64,000 bases of DNA from Candidatus Parcubacteria bacterium (GTDB taxonomy: Bacteria > Patescibacteriota > Patescibacteriia > UBA1558 > GWA2-36-10). This document shows positions 29,528 to 39,426 of the stretch, one piece after another (position 1 is the stretch's first letter; every line of letters starts with the position of its first letter). The DNA is taken from assembly GCA_018669975.1 (NCBI GenBank), contig JABHSK010000009.1, positions 51,127-115,126 of the forward strand. The letters run 5' to 3'. The position numbers were made by a program, and so were the translations under genes. The notes under the pieces were generated by a model that worked only from the letters and a program-made list of their open reading frames with translations, ran no database searches and was not told the DNA's origin.

Positions 29528-30466
29528 TTACAGTCCTTGTCTATAAAAATCAGCAGCATCAGCTGGATCAATTGGATTAATAATCAAACCAGAACCAATT
29601 TCTACTCCAGCCCAAACCGAACCACGCGGAACTACCTTCATATACAAATGCTGATCATTATCATTTATAACTTGGTGGAAATAAAAATTGTAAGGTAAAT
29701 TCAGTTGCCCTATTTTTGTTAGGAGGTGTTTTAAGGACTTAGCAAAAGACTTCCTCTCTAGGTCATTCAACTCTGTAATATTATCTCTATGCTTAATAGG
29801 CATAATCCATGCCTCATAATTAAACATGGATGCATATGGAGTAAAGACAATTATATGTTTATCTTTATAAATCAATCTAGGACTTTTTGACTCTTTGGCT
29901 ATTACATCACAATAAACACAGTGCCCATGCTTCAACTTATAAGCTTGCTGACGTTGTGATTTGTCGAATAAATGTGGTGGTAAAAATTTTGTAGCAAAAA
30001 TTTGTGAGTGTGCGTGTTGCAAGCTAGCTCCGGCCACACCACCATTATTCTTAAATATTAATATATATTCAATTTTATTATTCTTGGAGATCTCTTTAGT
30101 GCGCTCTGAATAAGCCACTAATAAATCAGATATATGCTCAGTTGATAAGTCCTCAAGCTCTTGTGTATGGTCTGGTGTTTCTACTACTACCTCCTGTTGA
30201 CCATAGGCCTCTTTATTATCCAAAGAAACGGCTGGGTATTTATTGGCAATTATTTTTATCTGCCAATCATTATTTTTTCCTTTTTTATAAAGCGCTGGCA
30301 CACCCTTTAAACTGTCTGGGCAAAAAATACAAGAAGATACCATTTCTTTACGATGATTCTTAGGCACAATTGTGTCGTGTGGCCTCTTGCCACGTTTAGG
30401 GGCAATAATAACGTACTTTTCCTGAATATAATCTTTTCTTATTTCTGGACCTTTCATTTTACTCAT
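29528..30466 (-). CDS. GalT-family (HIT superfamily) sugar-1-phosphate nucleotidyltransferase / ADP-glucose phosphorylase-like
   Basis: APKRGKRP, CIFC, NKYP, AGASLQHAHSQ (HxHxQ catalytic motif), CVYC. Confidence 0.88.
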   Translation of the reverse strand: MSKMKGPEIRKDYIQEKYVIIAPKRGKRPHDTIVPKNHRKEMVSSCIFCPDSLKGVPALYKKGKNNDWQIKIIANKYPAVSLDNKEAYGQQEVVVETPDHTQELEDLSTEHISDLLVAYSERTKEISKNNKIEYILIFKNNGGVAGASLQHAHSQIFATKFLPPHLFDKSQRQQAYKLKHGHCVYCDVIAKESKSPRLIYKDKHIIVFTPYASMFNYEAWIMPIKHRDNITELNDLERKSFAKSLKHLLTKIGQLNLPYNFYFHQVINDNDQHLYMKVVPRGSVWAGVEIGSGLIINPIDPADAADFYRQGL

Positions 30467-30470
30467 ATAA

Positions 30471-31970
30471 TTATTTTAATTTTTTATAAAGTTTTATATA
30501 ATCTTTAGCTGATCTATTCCAAGAAAAATCTTCACGCATACCAGCTGCTCTAATTTTCTTAAATTTGGTTTTGTTGTTATATATACGAATAGATCGCTCT
30601 AGTGCTTTCCTCATCTCAATCTGAGTATATTTTTTGAAAACAACCCCTGTTTTGTTGTTATTAACCGTATCCTTAAGTCCTCCTGTTTGTCTAACTATTG
30701 GTATAGTACCATAGCGCATAGCTATCATCTGACCCAAGCCACATGGTTCAAAACGAGAAGGCATTAAAAAGAAATCTGAGCCAGCATATATTTGTTGTGC
30801 CAATTTTAAACTAAAAGTAATATCAGCTCTAACTTTTTCAGGATATTTTTTAGCTAGCTCTTTAAAACCATCTTCATACTTATCATAACCTGTCCCCAAA
30901 ATAACCACTTGAATATCATGTTTCTTAACAATGCTCTCTAAAGCTGGTAGTAGTATATCTAAACCTTTTTGCTTGACTAAACGAGTGACTAACCCAAACA
31001 CTGGCTTGTCTTCAACTGGCAATTTAGAGGTTTTCTGTAAATATTCTTTATTACTCTGTTTGCCTTGAACGATAGTTTTAAGGGTATATCTTTTTTTAAT
31101 TAACTTATCCTTGGCTGGATCAAATAATTTAAGATCCAAACCATTTACTATGCCGGCTAAATGATTCTTTCTACGCAGTAAATATTTCTCTAGACCTGCT
31201 CCATACTCTTTGGTTAAAATCTCTTTAGCATAATTAGGACTAACTGTGTTAATGTAGTCGGCTGATAAGATTCCAACTTTCATAGAATCTATCTTGTGTC
31301 CATCCTTGTCATAATAATCTTCCATGAGAGCCGGCGTCAGCCTATGGTCCATGCTGCCATAATCTACTATGTCCAATCCAGTCACCCCTTGATTTGCTAA
31401 ATTATGAATAGTAAATAATGTTCTAATATTATCAAAGTGTGTATCCTCTAAATTATATTCATCTACAAATGTGGGTAACAATGCTGTATGCCAATCATGA
31501 CAATGAATCACATCGGGCCTCCACTTAAACTCCTTGACCATCTCAACTACAGCTTTAGAAAAAAATGTGAATCTCTCTACATCTCCAACACCTTTAATAC
31601 GTTTTTTCTTACTAGCACGCCTAACATTCTTTACATAATTACCACGACCCAAATAAACATTAGGACCATCAAATATTTTATGTTTAATAAAATAAATCTT
31701 TACTTGACTACCTGGCAATTTTCCTTGATAGATATCAAATTTAGCCTGCCTGTCTTCTATGAGCATGCTTAAATTTTTTTTAAAAAGTTTTATCTTATAT
31801 TTTCTTTTATTAATGCTGCCATATAATGGTAATGCTACCTTTATGTTAGTATTTAACTTTGCTAGAGCTATTGGCAAAGAACCCATTACATCACCCAGTC
31901 CACCAACCTTGGCAAATGGCGCTAATTCTCCTCCTACTAATAATACTTCAAGTTTATTTTTGTTTGGCAT
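30471..31970 (-). CDS. glgA: glycogen/starch synthase (GT5), copy 1
   Basis: KVGGLGDV, HCHDWHT, TIHNL, MPSRFEPCGLGQ, TGGLKDT. Confidence 0.93.
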   Translation of the reverse strand: MPNKNKLEVLLVGGELAPFAKVGGLGDVMGSLPIALAKLNTNIKVALPLYGSINKRKYKIKLFKKNLSMLIEDRQAKFDIYQGKLPGSQVKIYFIKHKIFDGPNVYLGRGNYVKNVRRASKKKRIKGVGDVERFTFFSKAVVEMVKEFKWRPDVIHCHDWHTALLPTFVDEYNLEDTHFDNIRTLFTIHNLANQGVTGLDIVDYGSMDHRLTPALMEDYYDKDGHKIDSMKVGILSADYINTVSPNYAKEILTKEYGAGLEKYLLRRKNHLAGIVNGLDLKLFDPAKDKLIKKRYTLKTIVQGKQSNKEYLQKTSKLPVEDKPVFGLVTRLVKQKGLDILLPALESIVKKHDIQVVILGTGYDKYEDGFKELAKKYPEKVRADITFSLKLAQQIYAGSDFFLMPSRFEPCGLGQMIAMRYGTIPIVRQTGGLKDTVNNNKTGVVFKKYTQIEMRKALERSIRIYNNKTKFKKIRAAGMREDFSWNRSAKDYIKLYKKLK

Positions 31971-32047
31971 ATTATATTTAACAAATATTAATTAACATTC
32001 TTATTATATCAAAAAACACCCTTTATCAAAAGGATGTTTCTGTACAA

Positions 32048-32626
32048 TTATGTTTCCTTTAAAAAACCTAGAATATCCTCTACCAATGCCGGGTTTGGTA
32101 ATACAGAGGCGTTGACTATCAAATATTCTAATTGGCTTGATTTTATTAAATCAATATACATTCGTTGTTGCTTAAGGTACTCCTTTGGCTGCTGAGCAAT
32201 ACGATCATAATGCGGATAAAGATTAAGCCTGTCCTCTAGACGTTTAGCTATTAATGACTCGTCTTCATCAAAAATAACCAAAATAATCTTAGCCTTAATT
32301 AATTTCAACCTTGCTTCTATGTCACTAAAATCAAAGGTTTTATTATTATATAGTTTTTGATAAACAGTTTCAGTTAAATGAAATTTTTCTACCATTACAT
32401 TAGTATCATTTATCTCTTCCATCAACTCTAGATACTTAAGTAGTGCTGTTTGTCCAAACTTAGTACCAAAAATACCTACATCACAGTTAAACCAATGACA
32501 ACCATCCATAATTTTTCCGCCACTATAATATTTTTGCTCCAAATGATTAAATATTTGGCTCATTAAATAACTTTTTCCTCCCAATTCTGGTCCTTCAAAT
32601 ATTATATTATGCTTAGGATTCTTCAT
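32048..32626 (-). CDS. thymidylate-kinase-like P-loop protein (divergent)
   Basis: IIFEGPELGGKS P-loop. EKF at the position of the dTMP-kinase DRx motif. Confidence 0.6.
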   Translation of the reverse strand: MKNPKHNIIFEGPELGGKSYLMSQIFNHLEQKYYSGGKIMDGCHWFNCDVGIFGTKFGQTALLKYLELMEEINDTNVMVEKFHLTETVYQKLYNNKTFDFSDIEARLKLIKAKIILVIFDEDESLIAKRLEDRLNLYPHYDRIAQQPKEYLKQQRMYIDLIKSSQLEYLIVNASVLPNPALVEDILGFLKET

Positions 32627-32627
32627 C

Positions 32628-33704
32628 TTAATGAAGGTTAATTATTTTTTCTTCTTTTTTGACTACTGCTAGATAACCCTGGGAATCTTGTAATAAATCA
32701 TCAATAGGGTTTTCTGCATCATTCATATAAAACAAAAATATGGCCGTTCTCAATGCTGTCCAGGCTTGATATAGGTTGATCCTAGATATATATTCAATGT
32801 CAATTTTGTCAAAATCTTTTTTAAAATAAGCTGAAATAAAAAATGTCTTATAATTGTTTATCTGCTCCCGAGAAATAAAATTGTGCCCCATGAAATCTAA
32901 TTGTTGTAGAAATGTTCCTAAATCCATCATTGGGTCACCATAGGCCAAATCTGTAAAATCTATCATCTCTAGGTCTTTAGAGTTAAGATCAAAAACAATT
33001 ATGTTCTCTGGATGATAATCACCATAAATAACTATATTACCCATCTTTGCTCTAAATTTATTTTCTAGAGCATTCATTTCCTCAGTTAACTCTTTAACTA
33101 GCTTTCCCTGCGTTTCGTCCTGATCCATAAAGTCTGCAATAAACTTACTAGGCTTAGGAGTCATGCCACTAATCTTAAAGGTGGGCCAATCAAACTTAAA
33201 TTTATTAGTATCAAAACAATGTAGTTTTTTTATCCAACCAGCTGCTAGAGTCAAACTTGGACCTAAATCAGCCTTGGGATCTTGAGTAAAAAAATGAAAT
33301 AAACTACGTCCAATAGAGGCCTCATAGAAGAAAGCCATTTGTTCCTTGCTAAAAAACAACGGCTTGGTCACTCGATATTTTCCTTTCCCAAAACCATGCT
33401 CATATAAGAACTTTGTTTTTCTATAGGCCTCCTCTTTGGTGCCATCTGAGTGCGCACCCGCAAAAATATCAATACTCTGTTGTTCATTTTGCTTGTCAAT
33501 ATATTTGACTCTGTATTCAACAACAAAGACTGCACTGGTAGCTCCCAAATGTTTTTTGTGAGCCTCTAACTCTACACTCTCTAACTCCTGAAAACCATCA
33601 AGGTGCTCTGGTAGATGCTTTCGCAATATTTCCTCCGCAAAACTTTTGTCTAGCAATTTAGCTATCCTATTTTTAGTTTGCTCTGTCGGTGTTTTTTTGT
33701 CCAT
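32628..33704 (-). CDS. APH/choline-kinase-fold phosphotransferase
   Basis: IKKLH, YGDYHPENI (Brenner-type motif), MIDFTD, GDPMMDLG. Confidence 0.85.
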   Translation of the reverse strand: MDKKTPTEQTKNRIAKLLDKSFAEEILRKHLPEHLDGFQELESVELEAHKKHLGATSAVFVVEYRVKYIDKQNEQQSIDIFAGAHSDGTKEEAYRKTKFLYEHGFGKGKYRVTKPLFFSKEQMAFFYEASIGRSLFHFFTQDPKADLGPSLTLAAGWIKKLHCFDTNKFKFDWPTFKISGMTPKPSKFIADFMDQDETQGKLVKELTEEMNALENKFRAKMGNIVIYGDYHPENIIVFDLNSKDLEMIDFTDLAYGDPMMDLGTFLQQLDFMGHNFISREQINNYKTFFISAYFKKDFDKIDIEYISRINLYQAWTALRTAIFLFYMNDAENPIDDLLQDSQGYLAVVKKEEKIINLH

Positions 33705-33718
33705 ACCACAAATTTTAT

Positions 33719-34876
33719 CTATTTATTATACTTGCGCCAATGTGTTAGCCAGGTATTTTTCTTAATATCTATATAAAGTTTCTCTGCTTTTATTTTTTCT
33801 TTACTAGTAGCCTTTTTCAATGATCTAACAGCTCGTATCAACTCTTCTGAGCCATTATCAATCATATCTGGATTCCATGTTAAAGGAGAAAATTCTGATG
33901 GCTTCTTAGCTGATGACCACCAAAAAGTACATGACGATACTCCACGGTCTAAGTGTTGCCTAGCCCACTGCCAATTACTATCACGCCTATATTTATAAAC
34001 TAAGTCACTAGCTAAATCCACCATCTGCCATAGCAGTTGATGAATTTTATTACTAGGATGATTCCATAAGGCATAGGGAATGTTTTTTCTAAGCTCTGCT
34101 TCGGTACTCTCCCAAGAAGCATCGCGTAAACCTATTATTTTTTTACTCCTTATTCCTGACAAATATTCTCCAACAGTCAAAACATCTAACTGTTTATTTT
34201 GTAAAATCTTTTCCAAATGACCTTGCCAATCCTCGTGCTGATGGCCATATATCTCTCCGTCTGTAGCAGTGATGATTGTTTCTGACTTTTTAAGTTGTTT
34301 TCTGAATTTCAAATAAATAACTTCTGCTGGGTATGCTTTAGATATTTTTCTGTTTCTAAAAATGACTTTTAATCCTATGTTTTTTATTTGATATAGAACA
34401 TCATCTTCTATTTTATCTTGAAAGTTGATAGCATCTAATATTATCCATTTGAAGCCTAATTTCTTCACTACCTTAGCAGCCTTAAAACTATAAGACATTT
34501 CTGGAAAATAAAATCCTTTAGTTTGACGTATGTCAAAATACTGTGCCAAAACTTCTTGATTAAGCTCAATCTGACGTTTAATTTCCCGCTCATTCAGTAG
34601 TGGTAGTAAAGCATGATATTTAGAAGATCCAGTTATCTCTATTTGTCCACGATCAACTAATTTTTTTAGCTTAACTAATAAATCTGGGCGTACATTGGCT
34701 AGTTGCTCTACCAAACTACCTGTAACGTTCAGCGTACAGCTAAAATTTCTATATTTATTCAACAGGGTAAACAAATACTCATAGCTCTCACTAGCTATTT
34801 GTTCAATCACGCCCCTGTGTTGCCAGGGTGGTTGGTAAATATGTAAAAAATTAACCCAGGTTATTTTATTTTTCAT
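33719..34876 (-). CDS. glycoside hydrolase family 57
   Basis: FLHIYQP, YHALLPL, YFPEMSY (nucleophile), TDGEIYGH (acid/base), SCTFWW. Start moved to ATG 34876. Confidence 0.88.
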   Translation of the reverse strand: MKNKITWVNFLHIYQPPWQHRGVIEQIASESYEYLFTLLNKYRNFSCTLNVTGSLVEQLANVRPDLLVKLKKLVDRGQIEITGSSKYHALLPLLNEREIKRQIELNQEVLAQYFDIRQTKGFYFPEMSYSFKAAKVVKKLGFKWIILDAINFQDKIEDDVLYQIKNIGLKVIFRNRKISKAYPAEVIYLKFRKQLKKSETIITATDGEIYGHQHEDWQGHLEKILQNKQLDVLTVGEYLSGIRSKKIIGLRDASWESTEAELRKNIPYALWNHPSNKIHQLLWQMVDLASDLVYKYRRDSNWQWARQHLDRGVSSCTFWWSSAKKPSEFSPLTWNPDMIDNGSEELIRAVRSLKKATSKEKIKAEKLYIDIKKNTWLTHWRKYNK

Positions 34877-36344
34877 CTTGTTTTTTAAATTTAATCGCTT
34901 TTTTATAAAGTTCAATGTATTCCTTACCTGGTACATCCCATGAAAATGAAGGTTTCATGCCTCTACAAACCAAGTCACGCCAAACCTTATGATATTTATA
35001 TGTCTCTAATGCTCGTGTAATAGCTACTAGTAGTTCCTGGGAGCTATAATTTTTAAATTTGAAACCATTTCCTTCATTTCCAGGTTCAAAATTTATTACA
35101 GTATCATTTAAACCACCTGTACTTCTAACGACTGGCACACATCCATAACGAAAAGCTTTCATTTGATTGATACCACAGGGCTCATGGTGTGAAGGCAAAA
35201 GTATTATGTCAGACCCCGCGTAAAGCTGATTCTCGTATTTAAGAGTTTTTTCATGTGACGGTATAACTGCTAATTTATCAGGAAATTTTTTGGCAACTTT
35301 TTTTAGTTTGCTAATAAAGTTCTTATCCCCACTACCTGCAATAATCAATTGAATATCAAAGTGCATCAAACGATTAACGATTTCTAATATTAACTCAAAG
35401 CCTTTTTGATAGGTCACCCTAGAGGTGGTACACAAAATTGGCACATCCTGATCAACTTTAAGTTTAAAAAGCTTCTGAATATATTTTTTGTTGAGCTTTT
35501 TGCGTTGAATCTTCTTATGATCATAATTTCGGTAGATAGTCTTATCATTCTTTGGATTAAGATCTTTATAATCAATGCCATTTACCACACCAAATAGTTT
35601 GTGTTCTCTATTTATTAAAACACGATGTAGATCCTGCCCAAAACTTCTCTTTAAAATTTCTTGGGCATAGGTTTCTGAAACTGTATTAATAGCATCAGCG
35701 CTAAGAATGGCTCGTTTAGCAAAGTTAATATATTCAATTTTTGGATCATTAAAAAGTGGTAGTGCTTTTTTACCCTTATCTTTATATTTGGGTGGTATTT
35801 CCCACCAATTAGAGCCGAGTTGAAAAACCAAATTATGAATAGTAAAAACAGTAGCTGCATTAGCCAATGTCCTGCTCTTTTTAAAACGAGTATTTTTCAA
35901 ATATGGCACTAGCCCTGTCTGCCAATCATGACAATGAAGAACATCAGCTTTAAATTTTAATAAAGAAACCAATTTTAATGCGGCCACATTAAATAAATAA
36001 AACCTAGCCCCTTCATGACCAGAGCCATATAACTCTTTCCGTCTAGAGAAATGTTTATCGTTGCGTATAAAATAAACCTTGAGGCCTGGTAATAACTCGG
36101 CCCTGTAATAACTGACTTTAACCTCGTTTTTTTTATCTATATATAACTTAACATCACTATATATTTTTTCTAGTTTGTGTTTTTTCCTATCAATTACCTT
36201 AGCATAAAATGGCGTAATAATTATTACGTCATTGCCAGCCCTATGCAAAGCCTTAGCCAATGATCTAGACACATCAGCTAGACCACCAGTCTTGGAATAA
36301 GGGTGTACTTCTGAGGTAATTGATACTATTTTTAACTTTTTCAT
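34866..36344 (-). CDS. glgA: glycogen/starch synthase (GT5), copy 2
   Basis: KTGGLADV, HCHDWQT, TIHNL, LPSHHEPCGINQ, TGGLNDT. Confidence 0.92.
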   Translation of the reverse strand: MKKLKIVSITSEVHPYSKTGGLADVSRSLAKALHRAGNDVIIITPFYAKVIDRKKHKLEKIYSDVKLYIDKKNEVKVSYYRAELLPGLKVYFIRNDKHFSRRKELYGSGHEGARFYLFNVAALKLVSLLKFKADVLHCHDWQTGLVPYLKNTRFKKSRTLANAATVFTIHNLVFQLGSNWWEIPPKYKDKGKKALPLFNDPKIEYINFAKRAILSADAINTVSETYAQEILKRSFGQDLHRVLINREHKLFGVVNGIDYKDLNPKNDKTIYRNYDHKKIQRKKLNKKYIQKLFKLKVDQDVPILCTTSRVTYQKGFELILEIVNRLMHFDIQLIIAGSGDKNFISKLKKVAKKFPDKLAVIPSHEKTLKYENQLYAGSDIILLPSHHEPCGINQMKAFRYGCVPVVRSTGGLNDTVINFEPGNEGNGFKFKNYSSQELLVAITRALETYKYHKVWRDLVCRGMKPSFSWDVPGKEYIELYKKAIKFKKQDEK

Positions 36345-36347
36345 ATT

Positions 36348-36842
36348 CTAAACTAATTTCTTATTAAAGAAAGATGCTGTTATAGCTATCGCCAAAGCAT
36401 CTGCTGCATCATCTGGCTTAGGCACTGATTCTAACTTCAGAATCGTCTTAACCATTAGACCCACTTGTCGTTTAGCAGACTGCCCGTTACCAGTAACAGC
36501 CTGTTTTATTTGCGGAGGAGTAAATTCTAACAATTCTTTCTTGTTCTGCTGAATTGCTAGTATAACCACACCCCTAGCCTGTCCTACATCCAAGGCAGTT
36601 TTTACATTTTTCCCAAAATACAATTTTTCCACGGCTACCAAATCTGGATTGTATTTTTTTATAAGTTCGTCAACGCTATTATATATCTCCTGTAATCTAA
36701 CACTAAGATTTTTATTTTTTGAAGTCTGAATGCTACCTGTATCAATAAACTCTAATTTATTACCCTCTTTAGCAATAACACCAAAGCCAGTGTCTGCTAT
36801 GCCTGGATCGATGCCTAAAATATTTGTTTTTGTAGATGTCAT
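36348..36842 (-). CDS. ruvC: Holliday junction resolvase
   Basis: ILGIDPG, VAVE, QARGV, PDDAADALAIA. Confidence 0.97.
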   Translation of the reverse strand: MTSTKTNILGIDPGIADTGFGVIAKEGNKLEFIDTGSIQTSKNKNLSVRLQEIYNSVDELIKKYNPDLVAVEKLYFGKNVKTALDVGQARGVVILAIQQNKKELLEFTPPQIKQAVTGNGQSAKRQVGLMVKTILKLESVPKPDDAADALAIAITASFFNKKLV

Positions 36843-37546
36843 TAAATGTCAGCGTTAGTATAAATGTTGTTGACGTCATCATCATCGTCTAATGCATCCA
36901 TTAAATTCAAAACTTTCTCAGAATCTTTTAATCCTACCTTATCTTTGGCCAAATAAATCATCTCTGAAGACTCAACATCAAAATTTGCAGTCTGTAAAGA
37001 ATTCTTTATTTTTTCTAAATCATCAATATTGGTGATAATCCTAATTTTATCTTCCACTAAAATATCCTCCGCTCCAGCTTCAATTAGCTTCATTTCTTCC
37101 TCTTCGGTCAACTCGCTCTTATCTAGAATAACCTCGCCCTTCATTTCAAACATCCACAAAACACTACCATTGCCGCCTAAACTACCATTATGTTTACTCA
37201 AAATATGTTTAACATTAGACACTGTTCTGTTTTTGTTGTCTGTTAAAATCTCAATTATCAATGCTGCTCCGTCTGGACCATAGGCTTCGTACAAGAGACT
37301 TTCTATCTGCCCCTCATCACCGGTACCACTGCCCTTTTTAACAGCTCTGTCAATATTATCTTTGGGCATAGACATTGCTTTAGCCTTGTCTATGGCCATT
37401 CTTAATTTAAAATTTGAATCTGGATCAGCCCCACCACGAGCTGCTACAGCAATATTCTTTGATAACTTGGTAAATAAATTGCTTCTTTTGGCGTCCTTGG
37501 CTTCTTTGGCTCTTTTGATTGTTGACCACTTGGAATGTCCGCTCAT
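36842..37546 (-). CDS. yebC: YebC/PmpR family protein
   Basis: MSGHSKWSTIKR, YEAYGPDG, TDNKNRT. yebC-ruvC synteny. Confidence 0.96.
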   Translation of the reverse strand: MSGHSKWSTIKRAKEAKDAKRSNLFTKLSKNIAVAARGGADPDSNFKLRMAIDKAKAMSMPKDNIDRAVKKGSGTGDEGQIESLLYEAYGPDGAALIIEILTDNKNRTVSNVKHILSKHNGSLGGNGSVLWMFEMKGEVILDKSELTEEEEMKLIEAGAEDILVEDKIRIITNIDDLEKIKNSLQTANFDVESSEMIYLAKDKVGLKDSEKVLNLMDALDDDDDVNNIYTNADI

Positions 37547-37671
37547 AAAAATTGACAATTAATCTATTTTTTATATGTTTTGTATAGATATCTTAGCAAT
37601 TATGCCTTAAAAAATCAACCAAAAAAAGCTATCCACTTGACTAGTTAATAAATAAATAATAAACTACAAAT

Positions 37672-37762
37672 ATCATTCGTTCTGTATTAAAAACTTTTGC
37701 TCCTTGTATAATAAACCTAACTTTTTATCCCCGCACCCATGCCTGACGGGGATTTTATTTTT
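37672..37762 (+). ncRNA. candidate small RNA (~90 nt)
   Basis: TTGACT(37637)-17-TAAACT(37660) promoter, no complete ORF, terminator ATCCCCG...CGGGGAT plus T tract. Confidence 0.4.
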
Positions 37763-37800
37763 ATCTTTATTCTTATAGTTTTTTTTGCTAAAATGTAAGC

Positions 37801-39426
37801 ATGCCTGAAAAATCTCAAAATAAACATAATAAACTATTCACTTGGATTAAACAACACAAATTATTGCTACTAATAATAGTCGTGTTTTTGATTCTAAACA
37901 ACCTTTCTTATATCATAGGTTTTTGGCAAAGCAGTCAAAGCTCTGAACTAATATACAGAGTTACTCCACTTATGAACAGAGCCGATCATTTTGTCTACCT
38001 ATCACACATAGAACAAGGTAAAGAGGGTCATCTAATGACTAAGTTGCTCTATAATCACCTGGCTGAAAACAATGTTATGTTCTCACCACACTGGTATATA
38101 ATTGGGCAGTTTAGCAATATAACAAATATCAGTGTAGTCACTAGTTATTTTATTTGGCGAATATTATTATTAATTCCGTTTCTATTTTTACTATGGTGGT
38201 TTATCAAAAAAATATTCTCTAGTTATAAAAAATCAATTTTGGCCATGCTGACGATATTGTTTGGCAATGGTATAGGAACCATCTTTATAAATATATTTCC
38301 AGAAAGCACTCTAAAACCGACCAATTTGTGGATGCCTGAAAGTATTACATTCTTATCACTCAATCAGACGCCGTTATTTGTCTTGGCGCTGATATTGATC
38401 CTGTTGGTGTTTATATCATTTATAGAAAGTGTAAAAAGTAAAAAAAATTATTTAATACTAATCTGCTGTTCACTAAACCTGCTACTAACTCTAATACACA
38501 CCTATGATATGGTGATCACCCTAGCTGTTTTAACTGGTTGGTCAGCTTTTAAATTTTATCAAACTAGGCATAAAAAAATAATCCTCTACTTAGCTTATTT
38601 ATACTTTGTATCTGGAACGGGTGCGCTCTACTATGCCTGGCTATTAAGGCGTGACTTAGCGATGATTCAATGGAACGCTCAAAACCTGTGCATCTCTGGT
38701 CCATTAACTGAATATCTATGGGGAATGGGACTTTTATTCGTATTCTCAATAGCTGGTATAGTGTACATTATCAAAAAAAGATTATTCCAAAACGATTACC
38801 TAAATCTAATCACTGTCTGGGCCGCTATTGGTTGGGTGTTAATTTATCTACCAGTACATTTTAATCGTCGCTTATCTAATGGTTGGCACATGGCCCTGGC
38901 TATTACTTCTTTGTATTTTTTCCTTTGGCTACACAAAAAATTTCCTGTGGTGCTGCGGGGCGCATTAATTACTGTAGTGGGCTTCCTGGTGTTCTTTGAT
39001 ACTATGATATTTTTATCCGTAGACTCATCAGTAACACGCAGTAATGAGTCACATTATTTTTTTCATAGCCAGACTAAGCAAGAAATATATCAACAAATAC
39101 AAGCCACCACCGATGAACACGATGTTATACTGACCCGTGGCATAGATGGTAATCACTTGCCTGGTTTTACTGCTAGAAAAGTATACACTGGGCACCTAAT
39201 GGGCACCTGGGAAGCCGTTCTAAAAAATAGAGAAGTTGAAAAATTATGGTCAAACCCTAATGATATATCAGAATGGTTAGTAGACAAAAATATTGCCTAT
39301 ATTTTTGCTAGTCGTTTTTATATCCCTGAATTTGATAAAATAAAATGGCTCGCTAAAGAAAAATATATCGAGCCAATCATAGATAATGATGAATTTATAC
39401 TTTATAAAATATTGTTAGAAGAATAA
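37801..39426 (+). CDS. polytopic membrane protein, GT-C-like
   Basis: About 12 TM helices, first-loop Asp (RADHFVY), HTYD, soluble C-terminal domain. Confidence 0.6.
   Translation: MPEKSQNKHNKLFTWIKQHKLLLLIIVVFLILNNLSYIIGFWQSSQSSELIYRVTPLMNRADHFVYLSHIEQGKEGHLMTKLLYNHLAENNVMFSPHWYIIGQFSNITNISVVTSYFIWRILLLIPFLFLLWWFIKKIFSSYKKSILAMLTILFGNGIGTIFINIFPESTLKPTNLWMPESITFLSLNQTPLFVLALILILLVFISFIESVKSKKNYLILICCSLNLLLTLIHTYDMVITLAVLTGWSAFKFYQTRHKKIILYLAYLYFVSGTGALYYAWLLRRDLAMIQWNAQNLCISGPLTEYLWGMGLLFVFSIAGIVYIIKKRLFQNDYLNLITVWAAIGWVLIYLPVHFNRRLSNGWHMALAITSLYFFLWLHKKFPVVLRGALITVVGFLVFFDTMIFLSVDSSVTRSNESHYFFHSQTKQEIYQQIQATTDEHDVILTRGIDGNHLPGFTARKVYTGHLMGTWEAVLKNREVEKLWSNPNDISEWLVDKNIAYIFASRFYIPEFDKIKWLAKEKYIEPIIDNDEFILYKILLEE

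Noticed and set aside
37738-37808. 9-nt repeat CATGCCTGA in the sRNA hairpin loop and at the 37801 start codon, considered as a target-site duplication
   Set aside because: It is too short and there is no element between the copies, so chance is likely.
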